Part shown: piece by piece, positions 17,356 through 26,813 of the stretch
Numbering within the stretch: position 1 is the first letter of the stretch
How the letters are laid out: every line of letters begins with the position of its first letter
Source of the DNA: Pseudomonadota bacterium
GTDB taxonomy: Bacteria; Pseudomonadota; Gammaproteobacteria; Acidiferrobacterales; UBA6901
Reading direction: 5' to 3'
DNA: 64,000 bases
Assembly (NCBI GenBank): GCA_021819085.1
Contig: JAKASJ010000004.1
Span: 12,728 to 76,727 of the forward strand
The notes under the pieces: model-generated
The model's input: the letters and a program-made list of their open reading frames with translations, nothing else
What the model was told of the DNA's origin: nothing
The model's database searches: none
Translations under genes and position numbers: made by a program

Positions 17356-19013
17356 GAGCGGTGGCGGCTTTCATGCTGTTCGTGCTGGCCATCGATGCCG
17401 TAGCCGCGACGTATTTTTTTCATGCCTGGCAGCCGGTCGCCGCTTGGTTGGGAGTTGCCGCACCGGCGATTGGCCTTGCATGCCGTTTCCACAGGTCGCG
17501 GACGCGACCGTGTCGCGCCGGCTGGGTGCTGGGCGCGGCCGCCGAGCTGAGCGATCCCGACCGCCCGCGGCACGTGGGGGCTGCAGTGCTCTCCAGTGAG
17601 GTGCTCAATCTGGGGCTGATCGCAATCGGTGCGCCGGGTTCCGGCAAGACAGATTCTGTCATGCTCGGCTACATCAATGCTCTGAGCAGGCAGTTACCGC
17701 ACGGCGGCTGGGCATTCTTCGACGGCAAGGGCGATATCGACACCTTCCGCAAATGTGTTGGGATGGGCTGCGCGCCGGACCACTTTTTTTCGAGCGAACT
17801 GCCGGGGTCGGAATCGGTCAACCTGTTCGAGGGAGCGCCCTACGACGTGATCGACCGGCTGTCGAAGATGCTCATTGGCACTACCGAAAGCACATCGTTC
17901 TATATGGACGAGCAGCGCGCAGTGCTGGCACGCATCGTGCCGCTGCTTCTCAAGCTTCCGGTCGCGACCAATCTGCGTGATCTGTATGTGGCGCTGTGCA
18001 TGAAAGACGCGGGAAATGATCTTTTGCGCCGTGCCCGCAAGTCCGGTAGCGATCCGGTGGAAATCACGCTGGCGCGCCAGTGGCTCGAACAGCCGTTCAG
18101 CACGCGTGTCAGGAACATTTCCGGTTTGCTCAACCGTCTCTTCGTATTCGTTGCAGGACCGTGTGCTGACCGGCTCAATGCCTATGATCCGGACATACGC
18201 ATCGGCGCCGTCGTCAGTGGTAAAAAGTCGCTGTTCGCCCATTTGCCGCTGACCGGCTTCGCGCGCGACGTGGCGATCGCCCTGATCGAGATGTTCGGCG
18301 TAGAGGCGCGGCGGCGGCAGCTTGAGCGGACTGAGCCGCCGGCCAGATATCCGCTGCTGTTCGACGACTGGGGTGCTTTTTTTCATGAAGGCTTCGGTCC
18401 GTTCAGTGCGCGCTGCCGATCGGCGGAAATGCCGCTGTCATTCGGTTTCCAGTCGCATGCCCAGCTGCGTGCCATCGGCCCAGGCTACGCGGACGAGCTC
18501 GACGATACGATTGCCACCAAAGTGATCATGCGCGTCCAGGGGGAAGACACATCGCGCTATGCTGCCCACCTGCTTGGACAGTATGAGGCTATCGATCTCG
18601 GAACGCGCAGCTGGAGCGGCGGATCCGAGCACAGTTTGCGCTTTGCGCGCCGCTACCGGGTATGCGAGCGCGCGCTAAGGGAAATGCAGCCGGGAGAGGC
18701 CTATGTCTCGACACTCGAGGAAGGCCCGGAAGGCGTGCGCAATCCGCTCTGGCATCTGAGATTTACGCTGCCGGAATTCGGATCGTGGCGGAACGTGGTG
18801 CTGCCCGGTCCACGGACGCAGGAGGTGGGCGAGGGCCTCGATTTCTGGAGCCGGTATATGAATCCGGAGACGCTTGCCGGGTTCCATCGCGCTGCCGCAC
18901 GCGAGTATGGCCGGCGCGAGGCAGCGGCTGCAGCATGCCGGAACGATACGCGCTCCGGGGCTTTCAGCGACATCGACGCCAATCCTGGGCTCGACTCGGA
19001 GTTGCGAACGTGA
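17352..19013 (+). CDS. Type IV coupling protein-like ATPase (TraD/VirD4/TrwB family)
   Basis: Start moved to ATG 17352, in frame with track ORF 17226. Two N-terminal TM helices, Walker A GAPGSGKT, Walker B-like YPLLFDDWG, and SFGFQSHAQL...ATKVIMRVQGEDTSRYAAHLLG resembling the TraG/TraD C-terminal module. Confidence 0.6.
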   Translation: MRAVAAFMLFVLAIDAVAATYFFHAWQPVAAWLGVAAPAIGLACRFHRSRTRPCRAGWVLGAAAELSDPDRPRHVGAAVLSSEVLNLGLIAIGAPGSGKTDSVMLGYINALSRQLPHGGWAFFDGKGDIDTFRKCVGMGCAPDHFFSSELPGSESVNLFEGAPYDVIDRLSKMLIGTTESTSFYMDEQRAVLARIVPLLLKLPVATNLRDLYVALCMKDAGNDLLRRARKSGSDPVEITLARQWLEQPFSTRVRNISGLLNRLFVFVAGPCADRLNAYDPDIRIGAVVSGKKSLFAHLPLTGFARDVAIALIEMFGVEARRRQLERTEPPARYPLLFDDWGAFFHEGFGPFSARCRSAEMPLSFGFQSHAQLRAIGPGYADELDDTIATKVIMRVQGEDTSRYAAHLLGQYEAIDLGTRSWSGGSEHSLRFARRYRVCERALREMQPGEAYVSTLEEGPEGVRNPLWHLRFTLPEFGSWRNVVLPGPRTQEVGEGLDFWSRYMNPETLAGFHRAAAREYGRREAAAAACRNDTRSGAFSDIDANPGLDSELRT

Positions 19014-19375
19014 CGACCTGGTTCAGGCTGTGGCCATTCCTGGCCTTGCCCGGGGTCGTGATAATCGCACTGGGTGCCGTGGTCGCATTGCCCCTGGGCG
19101 CTCATGAGATCGGCGGCGCTGCCGTACAGCACTGGTGCATCGTTCATCTGCTTGTGGACTGGTTGCCGCACGGTGCGCAGAGCCAGTTGACGGTCTGGGT
19201 CAGCCGGGCGGATACCTTGCACCGGTGGATTCTGTATCTGCTTATCGCAGTCAACATCAATACGCTGCTGTTGCCGCTGCTCTATGGCATCGGAGTGGCA
19301 ATCCTGCGGCTGCAGGCGTGGGGTGCGCGCCAGGATCTGGAACTCAAAAGCGCGGCGGTGCGCCGTGGCGGATGA
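19010..19375 (+). CDS. Small integral membrane protein, translationally coupled to the coupling-protein gene
   Basis: In-frame GTG at 19010 overlaps the upstream TGA (GTGA). 121 aa with ~3 hydrophobic helices (WFRLWPFLALPGVVIIALGAVVALPL, ILYLLIAVNINTLLLPLLYGIGVAIL). Confidence 0.4.
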   Translation: MTTWFRLWPFLALPGVVIIALGAVVALPLGAHEIGGAAVQHWCIVHLLVDWLPHGAQSQLTVWVSRADTLHRWILYLLIAVNINTLLLPLLYGIGVAILRLQAWGARQDLELKSAAVRRGG

Positions 19376-19581
19376 CCTGCGAAAGCAAAGAACCGCTGTC
19401 CGGGCAGAGCGCCGTATCGCGGCGCCCGATGCAGCGCGGTAGGGCGGAACCCCAGCGCTTCCGGCAGCAGACTTTGACGAAGATCAAGGTGTCCGGCACA
19501 TGGAGTCATATATTAGGCGGTGAGGGACGTTGCGAGAATCCCGGACAGGAGTTTGATGACCGCGGTTTAGGAGACACGAAC

Positions 19582-20082
19582 ATGGCTAACGAAATCAGGC
19601 AGGAATCCAAGACCCAGCAGATACAGAAGGCCGAGCCGGCGCGTACGCTCAGCCCGTTCGAGGAAATGAATCGCATGTTCGACCAGTTTTTCGGGGGTGG
19701 ATGGGTGAATCCGTGGCGATCCAGATGGCCGTCATTTCCGGACCTTGCCCTGCCGGAGATGAACCTGCCCAAGGTGGATGTCATTGATCGTGAGAATGAA
19801 GTATTGGTGAAGGCCGAGGTGCCCGGGGTGGAAAAGAAGGACCTCGACATCAGCGTGGGCGAAAATACTGTCATGATCAAAGGATCGACCCTCCACGAGG
19901 AAAAGGAGGAGAAAGGCGATTTCATCCGGCACGAAATTTCCAGCGGCGCCTTCAGCCGTACCGTAGTCCTCCCGTCGAATGTGGACGGCACCCGGGCCAA
20001 GGCCGTCTTCAAGGACGGAATACTGGAGCTGACGATACCGAAAGTGGAGACCGCCAAACGCCACACCGTCAAGGTGGGCTGA
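19582..20082 (+). CDS. Small heat-shock protein (Hsp20/alpha-crystallin family)
   Basis: Start moved to ATG 19582, with AGGAGA 8 nt upstream. Alpha-crystallin domain: PKVDVIDRENEVLVKAEVPGVEKKDLDISV...FSRTVVLPSNVDGTRAKAVFKDGILELTIPK. Confidence 0.9.
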   Translation: MANEIRQESKTQQIQKAEPARTLSPFEEMNRMFDQFFGGGWVNPWRSRWPSFPDLALPEMNLPKVDVIDRENEVLVKAEVPGVEKKDLDISVGENTVMIKGSTLHEEKEEKGDFIRHEISSGAFSRTVVLPSNVDGTRAKAVFKDGILELTIPKVETAKRHTVKVG

Positions 20083-20250
20083 TCGCGCGCGCCGGGCGGT
20101 GCGGCGGACGGCGGCAACAGGTGGCGCGGGTCGCGCGTGATTCGCGACAGGTATCCGGCTGAGTTTGTGCCCACCCGGTATCGCAAGGATGATTGCGTCG
20201 TGCCTTAAATGGCCCAACGGCTTTCGGGACCGTATGCCCAGCGGATGATT

Positions 20251-20266
20251 GGCTGCGCGCGCAGCC
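20251..20266. terminator. Perfect 16-nt GC palindrome GGCTGCGCGCGCAGCC between the convergent hsp20 and BI-1 genes
   Basis: Seen directly, 15 nt beyond the BI-1 stop. No U-tract on either strand, so terminator function is uncertain. Confidence 0.3.
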
Positions 20267-20280
20267 GCGGGGTCAGTGGA

Positions 20281-20964
20281 TCAGTCCCGCCGCCCCTGCA
20301 GTGCCGTCAGCAGTTCGAGTAGGGCGACGAACACGTTGAGGATGTCCAGATAGAGGCTCACTGTGATCAGTATCGGATTGGTTTCCCCTCCGCGTATCAG
20401 CCGGCCGGTGTCCACGAGGATGTAGCCGGAAAATATGAGCAGCGCAGCGGCTGCGATGGTCAGCTGCAATGCGGGCATGTGCAGGAAAAAATTGGCGATG
20501 CCGGCGAGTATGACCACAATCAGCCCCACCATGAGGAATCCGCCCAGGAAGCTGAAATCCCGCTTGGACTGCCAGGCGTAAAGGGATAGCGTTCCGAAGA
20601 CCACTGTCGTACCCAGGATCGCCTCGGCAATGATCTGCGACCCGTTGGCCAGCCTCAGCGTCACGGCGAGCAAGGGCCCGAGAGACAGGCCCATCAGGCC
20701 GGTAAAGATGAAGACCAGGGGAAGGGCCATGGGACTGCGCTTCGCGCCAGTGACGAGCACGGCAAAGAGGGCTGCGAAGGCGATAAGCATCAAGATGATG
20801 GGATGCTGATAAGGAAAAGCCATGCCGATTCCGGCCCATGCGGCCATGGCACTGACGGCCAGGGTGCCGGAGAGCAGGCTGTAAGTCTTGCGCACGATGT
20901 CGGAGTTCGACAGGGCAGGAGCCGGATTCGATGATGCTGGAGGGAAGGGTCTAGGGTTGCTCAT
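20281..20964 (-). CDS. Bax inhibitor-1/YccA family membrane protein
   Basis: 227 aa, 7 TM. The N-terminal IVRKTYSLLSGTLAVSA and the C-terminal LYLDILNVFVALLELL are typical of the BI-1/YccA family. Confidence 0.85.
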   Translation of the reverse strand: MSNPRPFPPASSNPAPALSNSDIVRKTYSLLSGTLAVSAMAAWAGIGMAFPYQHPIILMLIAFAALFAVLVTGAKRSPMALPLVFIFTGLMGLSLGPLLAVTLRLANGSQIIAEAILGTTVVFGTLSLYAWQSKRDFSFLGGFLMVGLIVVILAGIANFFLHMPALQLTIAAAALLIFSGYILVDTGRLIRGGETNPILITVSLYLDILNVFVALLELLTALQGRRD

Positions 20965-21281
20965 GAAGGACTTCTCCCATTTGGCTGCCCAGTGTGCCCC
21001 CGGAAACCGGTGCGTGCAACCGGCCGGTCAGCGCGGAATTCGGAGAAGCGTATCCCCGGCCAGTGCCACATCGCAAGCAGTGGAGCAAGTTTTTGTCTCG
21101 TTTCGAGGTCGGTTGCCCGGCTGATCCCGGACGGAACATGGCCAGAGTTTTTTGCCAAGCCGAGATGAATGTCCGCGCCTCGGGTCTGCGAAAATGACCG
21201 GCCCGCAGCCCCTATCTTGCCCGGAACCGGAGTCCGCCCCGGGGCAGACTCCGTTGCGATGTTATCGAAGGATGGGCCTGA

Positions 21282-22409
21282 TCACCTGGTTTTGCGCTTG
21301 CGTGCGACTCCGACCAGCCCAAGCAGGCCGGAACCGAACAGCCATCCAGCCGCTGGGACCGGTACCGGGTTCGGTGTCAGGATGAAGGCCTGTCGCTGGC
21401 CGCCATAGTAGCCATCGCCGACGATCTGTCCGAGATCGTTGATGCCATAGGCATCGGCCAGAGTCCATCCGGAGCCGGAGGCCAGGAGGCTGTTGAGGTC
21501 GATCATCTTTCCGTTGCTGTACAGGAAGGCATCTTGCTGGCCGCCGGCGGTGAGGGAATAACCGACGACCTGGCCATATTTATTGATGCCGTAGGCCACG
21601 CTCGTGTTCCCGCCCAGGGTTCCCAGGTCGATCATTCCGGCACCGTTATTGTCCAGGAATGCGTTCTGGAAACCGCTGAGGGTGAACGCGCTGCCGACCA
21701 CCTCGCCGTTGGCGTTGATGCTCCAAGCAGTGCTATTGCTGCCGCCCAGAGTACCGAGATCGGTCATCTGGCCGTTGCTGTAGAGAAACGCGTGCTGGGC
21801 TTGGTCTCCAGACAGTGAGGAGCTCCCGGCGATTTGCCCACTGTTGTTAATGCCGGCAGCGGCGCTCCACGTCCCGCCGAGGGTGCCCAGGCTGGTCATG
21901 CTTCCGTTGCTGTACAGAAATGCGTCCCCTGTACTGTTTCCTGCCGTGCTGGCCTGGCCGACCACTTCGCCGGAATCGTTGATGGCATAGGCGGAACTCG
22001 TCGACCCTCCCAGGGTTCCGAGGTCAGTCATCTGACCGTTGCTGTACAGAAAGGCATTAAAGTTGTTGCTGGCGGTGTCAGCAAAACCAACCACTTGGCC
22101 GAGACCATTGATTCCCAGGGCCGCGCTGCTTGTTCCACCGAGTGTCCCCAGATCGCTCGCGCTGCCGTTGCTGTACAGGATGGCATGGGTCGTTCCCGAG
22201 ACGTCCGAATTACCGGCTACCTGACCGGTGCCGTTGATGCCCAAAGCCGGTCCGTTGATGCCGAGAGACGTGCTGAAGGTCCCGCCCGAAGCACTCACGT
22301 CGGTGAGAGTGTAAGAGGTCGAACCTGCGGCCAGCGCCTGAATCGGCAGGGACAACGTGCCGGCGGCCACGATGAGCAATGTTGAACCTGACCAATGACG
22401 AATTTTCAT
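21282..22409 (-). CDS. Secreted HAF-family repeat protein with a PEP-CTERM/VPLPA-CTERM-type C-terminal anchor
   Basis: Signal peptide, then ~8 tandem ~42-aa units (HAFLYSNGQMTDLGTLGGS.S.A.GIN..GQVVG). C-terminus PVPVPAAGWLFGSGLLGLVGVARKRKTR (motif + TM + basic tail). AAAGGAGAGG RBS. Confidence 0.75.
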   Translation of the reverse strand: MKIRHWSGSTLLIVAAGTLSLPIQALAAGSTSYTLTDVSASGGTFSTSLGINGPALGINGTGQVAGNSDVSGTTHAILYSNGSASDLGTLGGTSSAALGINGLGQVVGFADTASNNFNAFLYSNGQMTDLGTLGGSTSSAYAINDSGEVVGQASTAGNSTGDAFLYSNGSMTSLGTLGGTWSAAAGINNSGQIAGSSSLSGDQAQHAFLYSNGQMTDLGTLGGSNSTAWSINANGEVVGSAFTLSGFQNAFLDNNGAGMIDLGTLGGNTSVAYGINKYGQVVGYSLTAGGQQDAFLYSNGKMIDLNSLLASGSGWTLADAYGINDLGQIVGDGYYGGQRQAFILTPNPVPVPAAGWLFGSGLLGLVGVARKRKTR

Positions 22410-22900
22410 GATATGCCTCTCCTTTATGACTTTCCTTTTTGTTGCTCATTCGGGTTGACCGTCGTCTCAAGCCACGTCCGGCAATGGCGGCCGCCATGAA
22501 CGTTTGCGGACCATTGAGGGATTCGAGCCTGTAACAGGCATCGAGGCAATAACGTGATGCTTTGTTTATGGATACTTGTGTATGAGACGAGTCTGTCAGG
22601 CCCGGCGCAGCACCACCCCGTTTTTATTGCAGTCAATGGTAGCGCGAACGGTGGCGGATTTCATCCGGAGGGCCGCGATCGCCTAGTTGTGACAGTGCTT
22701 GATGGCCAACGAGCTGCCGGATTTCAGCCTGGAAACATTACAAGTTATTGTTTTAATATAAAAAGCATTGCCCCGCCCGCGCAGCTCACGACTAGAAGTT
22801 CACGGCCTGCGTCTGGGGTTTCCGGTTGCTCCTGGCATGCCAGAACAAGGTTTGCGGGGAGCATTGGTCCGAGAGACAGGCAAGCCGGACCTCGGGCGTA

Positions 22901-24616
22901 TCAGCTATCCCGGACCGGCTTCCATGAGGTTGATTCAAGCCAGGACATCAACGCGTCAAAGTCATGCGGGTAACTGATGAAATATCCCTGGGCTTCGTCG
23001 CAGCCAAGCAATGCCAGGGCATCGAGCGTCTGTTCGTTTTCAACACCTTCGGCCACGACGCGCAAACCGAGATTGTGGCCGAGCTCGATTACCGAACGCA
23101 CGATCATTGCATCGCGCTTGTTCGTGAGCATGTCAGTGACGAAGCTCTTGTCGATCTTGATCTCGTTTACCGGAAGGTGTTTGATGCTGGCGAGTGACGT
23201 GTAGCCGGTGCCGAAGTCGTCTATGGAAATCCAAATACCCATGCGGCTCAGCGTCGTGAGCGTTGCTTCGGCGCGCTGCGGATCAAGGACGATGGCGCTT
23301 TCCGTGATCTCCAGCGTCAGCTGTTCGGGGGACGCACTGGCATCCGCCAGTTTTTTTGCGATGACCTCGGGCAGGTGCGGGTCGTGCAGCGAGCGCGCCG
23401 ACAGGTTTACGCTGACCCGCAGGTGAATCCCGCAGGCCCGCGCGCGCTGACATTCCCTCAGTGCGCGACTCAGTACCCATTCGCCCAGCGGGTTGATGAG
23501 ACCGGTATGTTCAGCAGCGACTATGAACCTTTCCGGGGCAAGCAGACCGTATCGCGGATGGTTCCAGCGAACCAGGGCCTCGGCGCCGATGACGTTGCGG
23601 GTCGCGATCTGACCTTTGGGCTGGAAATGAAGCAGCAGCTGATCGTGCTCGATCGCGGCGCGCAACTCAGCCATGAGTCCCAGCCGCTCGGGGCTGTGCA
23701 GGTTGAGTTCCGGAGCATAGACGACACAGCTGCTGGTGGTGCGCTTGGCACGGTACATTGCAATTTCGGCATGCTGCATGAGCGTGCCGGCGTCCGCGGC
23801 GTGATCAGGCATCAGCGCGACGCCGATGCTTGCCTCGACAGCGATCGGAATTCCCTCAATCATGAACGGCGCCTGCAGGAAGTCCTGGAGCTTGCCGACG
23901 ACCGTCATAAGATCCGATCCCCGCGCCAGGCGCGGCAGCAGGATGCCGAATTCGTCGCCGCCCAGACGCGCCACGACGTCGGTGACATACAGCACACTGC
24001 GCAAACGCAGGCCGACCTGGCGCAGCAGCTGATCCCCACGCGTGTGTCCAAGCGTGTCGTTGACCTCCTGAAAACGATCGAGATCCATCACCAGCAAAGC
24101 CATGACTTCTTCATCGGTCCGAGTCTGCCAGATTGCCTCCTGCGTGTACTCGCCGAACCGCGTGCGGTTCGGCAGATTGGTGACCGGGTCCGTGTAGGCG
24201 AGCCGGCGGATGGTTTCGTCGGCCTCGCGGCGTTCGCGGCGCACCTGCGCGTCCCGCAGTTCGCGGTCGACCGCCGGCGCCAGGCGCTTGAGGTTGTCCT
24301 TGAGAATGTAATCGTGCGCGCCGGCCTTCATCGCGATGACAGCGCGATCCTCGCCTATGGTGCCGGAGACGATGATAAAGGGCAGGTCAAGGCCGCTGTC
24401 GCGCAGCAGCGAGAGCGCGTCGAAGGCATTGAAGCGGGGCATGGTGAAATCGGAAAAGACGATATCCCATTCGCGCGCGCGCAGCTCCGCGCCCATCGAT
24501 TCGGGAGTATCGACGCGGGCATATTCCGGTTCGTAGCCGCCGCGACGAAGCGCGTGCAGCAGCAGTTCGGTGTCGTCGACCGAATCCTCCACAATCAGGG
24601 TTCGTAGTGGTCTCAT
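22901..24616 (-). CDS. Response regulator with GGDEF and EAL output domains
   Basis: 571 aa. REC domain (LIVEDSVDD...DIVFSDFTMPRFNA), GGDEF (RLGGDEFGILL), EAL (EALVRWNHP...DDFGTGYTSL). ATGA overlap with the upstream CheY gene. Confidence 0.9.
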   Translation of the reverse strand: MRPLRTLIVEDSVDDTELLLHALRRGGYEPEYARVDTPESMGAELRAREWDIVFSDFTMPRFNAFDALSLLRDSGLDLPFIIVSGTIGEDRAVIAMKAGAHDYILKDNLKRLAPAVDRELRDAQVRRERREADETIRRLAYTDPVTNLPNRTRFGEYTQEAIWQTRTDEEVMALLVMDLDRFQEVNDTLGHTRGDQLLRQVGLRLRSVLYVTDVVARLGGDEFGILLPRLARGSDLMTVVGKLQDFLQAPFMIEGIPIAVEASIGVALMPDHAADAGTLMQHAEIAMYRAKRTTSSCVVYAPELNLHSPERLGLMAELRAAIEHDQLLLHFQPKGQIATRNVIGAEALVRWNHPRYGLLAPERFIVAAEHTGLINPLGEWVLSRALRECQRARACGIHLRVSVNLSARSLHDPHLPEVIAKKLADASASPEQLTLEITESAIVLDPQRAEATLTTLSRMGIWISIDDFGTGYTSLASIKHLPVNEIKIDKSFVTDMLTNKRDAMIVRSVIELGHNLGLRVVAEGVENEQTLDALALLGCDEAQGYFISYPHDFDALMSWLESTSWKPVRDS

Positions 24617-25068
24617 CTGGTTGCTCCCGGCGGGTCTCCGGGGGTCTCGTTGAGCACCAGCCAGTAGAGTCCGAGCTGGCGCACCGCCTCCGTGAACTGC
24701 GCGAAATCTACGGGTTTTCGGATATAGCTGTTGGCGCCAAGACGGTAGCTGTTTACGAGGTCCTGCTCCTCCCGGGAGGAAGTCAGGATGACTACCGGAA
24801 GAAGTCGCGTCGCCGGAGCGGAGCGGATCTGGGCCAGCACTTCGAGCCCATCAACCCTGGGAAGCTTCAGGTCGAGAAGCGTCACCGCCGGCTTGTCCTC
24901 AGGGTCTCGTCCTGCATGGGCGCCACGGGCAAACAAATAGTCCAGGGCCTCGACACCATCGCGCGCCACTACCACGGTGTTCGCGACGTTGCTTTTGCTT
25001 AAAGCACGCAACGTGAGCGCCTCGTCATCGGGATTGTCCTCGACCAGTAAAATAATTTTGTTTTCCAT
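24613..25068 (-). CDS. Single-domain response regulator (CheY-like)
   Basis: 151 aa. ILLVEDNPDDEAL...TLLDLKLPRVDGLEVL...SYIRKP. Confidence 0.85.
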   Translation of the reverse strand: MENKIILLVEDNPDDEALTLRALSKSNVANTVVVARDGVEALDYLFARGAHAGRDPEDKPAVTLLDLKLPRVDGLEVLAQIRSAPATRLLPVVILTSSREEQDLVNSYRLGANSYIRKPVDFAQFTEAVRQLGLYWLVLNETPGDPPGATR

Positions 25069-25074
25069 GATTTC

Positions 25075-26778
25075 TCAGGACGGCACTTCGGACCGCAATG
25101 TGAAAAAGAAGCTTGCCCCGGCGTCGACCGCGGCCTCGGTCCAGATGCGCCCGCCGTGGCGCTGAACGATACGCTGCACCGTGGCGAGTCCGATGCCGGT
25201 TCCGGGGAACTCATTTGCCGCGTGCAGCCGCTGGAACGCCCCGAAGAGCTTGTGCGCGTAAGCCATGTTGAACCCTACGCCATTGTCACGCACGAAAAAT
25301 CCCGACCGTCCGTCTTCGGCAACGTACCGTCCGATCCTGATGCGTGCTATCGGGCGCGGCTCCGTGAACTTCCATGCATTCGAAAGCAGATTTGTCAGCG
25401 CGATGCGTAGCAGCCTGCCGTCTCCCATGGCCTGCAAACCGGGCTCGATGTCGACCTCCACCCGCCGCGCCGGGTAGGTATGGCGCAGTTCGTCAGCAAT
25501 CGACTCGGCCAGGGCGCTGAAGTCGATCGCTTCCGGGTGCAACTCGCTGCGCGTAACACGCGAAAGTGCGAGCAGGTCGTCGATCAGAACGCCCATGCGC
25601 TGCGTGGCAGCACGCACGCGCGCGAGATGATCGCGCGCAGTCTGATCGAGCTGTGCTGCGTAATCCTCGAGCAGTGCCTGGCTGAACCCATCGATGGAAC
25701 GCAGCGGAGCGCGCAGATCATGCGACACCGAGTAGCTGAATGCTTCGAGCTCGCGGTTGGCCGCCTCGAGTTCAACGGTGTGCCGGCGGAGATCCTCGTT
25801 GAGCCGCCGGATCTGCTCGGTCTCCTGTTTACGCTGTGTAATGTCGCGGATGATGCCTGCTACCCATAAACCTTCTGCGGTTTCTATGGGGCTCAGACTG
25901 ATTTCTACGGGAAAAAAGCTTCCGTCTTTGCGCTGTCCGAGCAGTTCCAGGCCTTCACCCATATTGCGCCGTCGTGGTGTCGCGATGTATCTGGCTCGAT
26001 GTTCGGTATGGCTCCGGCGCTGCCTGTCCGGCACCAGGATTTCGATGGATTGACCAGTCAGCTCTTCGGTCGTGTAGCCGAAGTGCAACCCGGCTTGGTC
26101 ATTGGCAAGAACGATTCGGCCCTCGCGGTCGACGATGATGATCCCGTCGGGAGCTGATCGCAGCAGTTCGGACAGCCAGTTCTGGGCGCGCTTGCGTTCG
26201 GCGATTTCGGTATTCAGTGCTTCGTTGATCTGCTGCAGGCTTCTGTTCAGCGCGTCAAGCTCGCGGCTGCGCTGGAGGATTTCGCGCTCCAGCGCCCGGT
26301 TGCGGCGCTCGACGGCATCGGACGGTTCGTGCTGCACGGCTTCCGGCAGGCTGCCACGAACGTAGTCGGTCACGTCTTCGACGCGGTGGATGATGTAGCG
26401 AATACGACCGTCGGACGCCAGCACCGGCGAGTTGACCGGACTCCAGAATCGTTCCTCAAAACCTCCGCCGGTACTGTCCGGACGGCGTACGTCGTATTTC
26501 TGGACGGCCATTGTGTCAGGCGCTCTGCTGGTCATGACTCGCTGCAGCGATGCGCGCAGATTCCGCGCTCCGGTTGCCGAATGATCGTCGGGATTGTCAG
26601 GGAAAACGTCAAATAGGCCGTGGTTGACGATCTTTGTCCGTTCGGTGAATGTTGCGCGCAGGTAGGCGTCGGTGGCGTCCAGGATCGTGAACTGGGCATC
26701 AGCCTGGAGAACGAGCAGCAGCGCGGGGGCATCCCGGAAGAGCCGCTCGAAATCCAGGTCACCAGGAGCCATCGTCAC
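25075..26778 (-). CDS. PAS/PAC sensor histidine kinase (cytoplasmic)
   Basis: 567 aa. Two PAS-like regions, HisKA H-box FSYSVSHDLRAPL, HATPase (NLLSNAWKF, DNGVGF, GTGIGLA). The start is GTG 26778 or ATG 26772. Confidence 0.85.
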   Translation of the reverse strand: MTMAPGDLDFERLFRDAPALLLVLQADAQFTILDATDAYLRATFTERTKIVNHGLFDVFPDNPDDHSATGARNLRASLQRVMTSRAPDTMAVQKYDVRRPDSTGGGFEERFWSPVNSPVLASDGRIRYIIHRVEDVTDYVRGSLPEAVQHEPSDAVERRNRALEREILQRSRELDALNRSLQQINEALNTEIAERKRAQNWLSELLRSAPDGIIIVDREGRIVLANDQAGLHFGYTTEELTGQSIEILVPDRQRRSHTEHRARYIATPRRRNMGEGLELLGQRKDGSFFPVEISLSPIETAEGLWVAGIIRDITQRKQETEQIRRLNEDLRRHTVELEAANRELEAFSYSVSHDLRAPLRSIDGFSQALLEDYAAQLDQTARDHLARVRAATQRMGVLIDDLLALSRVTRSELHPEAIDFSALAESIADELRHTYPARRVEVDIEPGLQAMGDGRLLRIALTNLLSNAWKFTEPRPIARIRIGRYVAEDGRSGFFVRDNGVGFNMAYAHKLFGAFQRLHAANEFPGTGIGLATVQRIVQRHGGRIWTEAAVDAGASFFFTLRSEVPS

Positions 26779-26813
26779 GGTGCCATACGGTTTCGGGCAT
26801 AGTGAGCAATCAT
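26775..26813 (-). CDS. 12-codon upstream ORF (MIAHYARNRMAP) whose stop overlaps the kinase GTG start
   Basis: AAGGAGGTGA lies 6 nt upstream of ATG 26813. The TGA at 26777-26775 overlaps GTG 26778-26776 (GTGA). Read directly from the sequence. Coding status unproven. Confidence 0.3.
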   Translation of the reverse strand: MIAHYARNRMAP

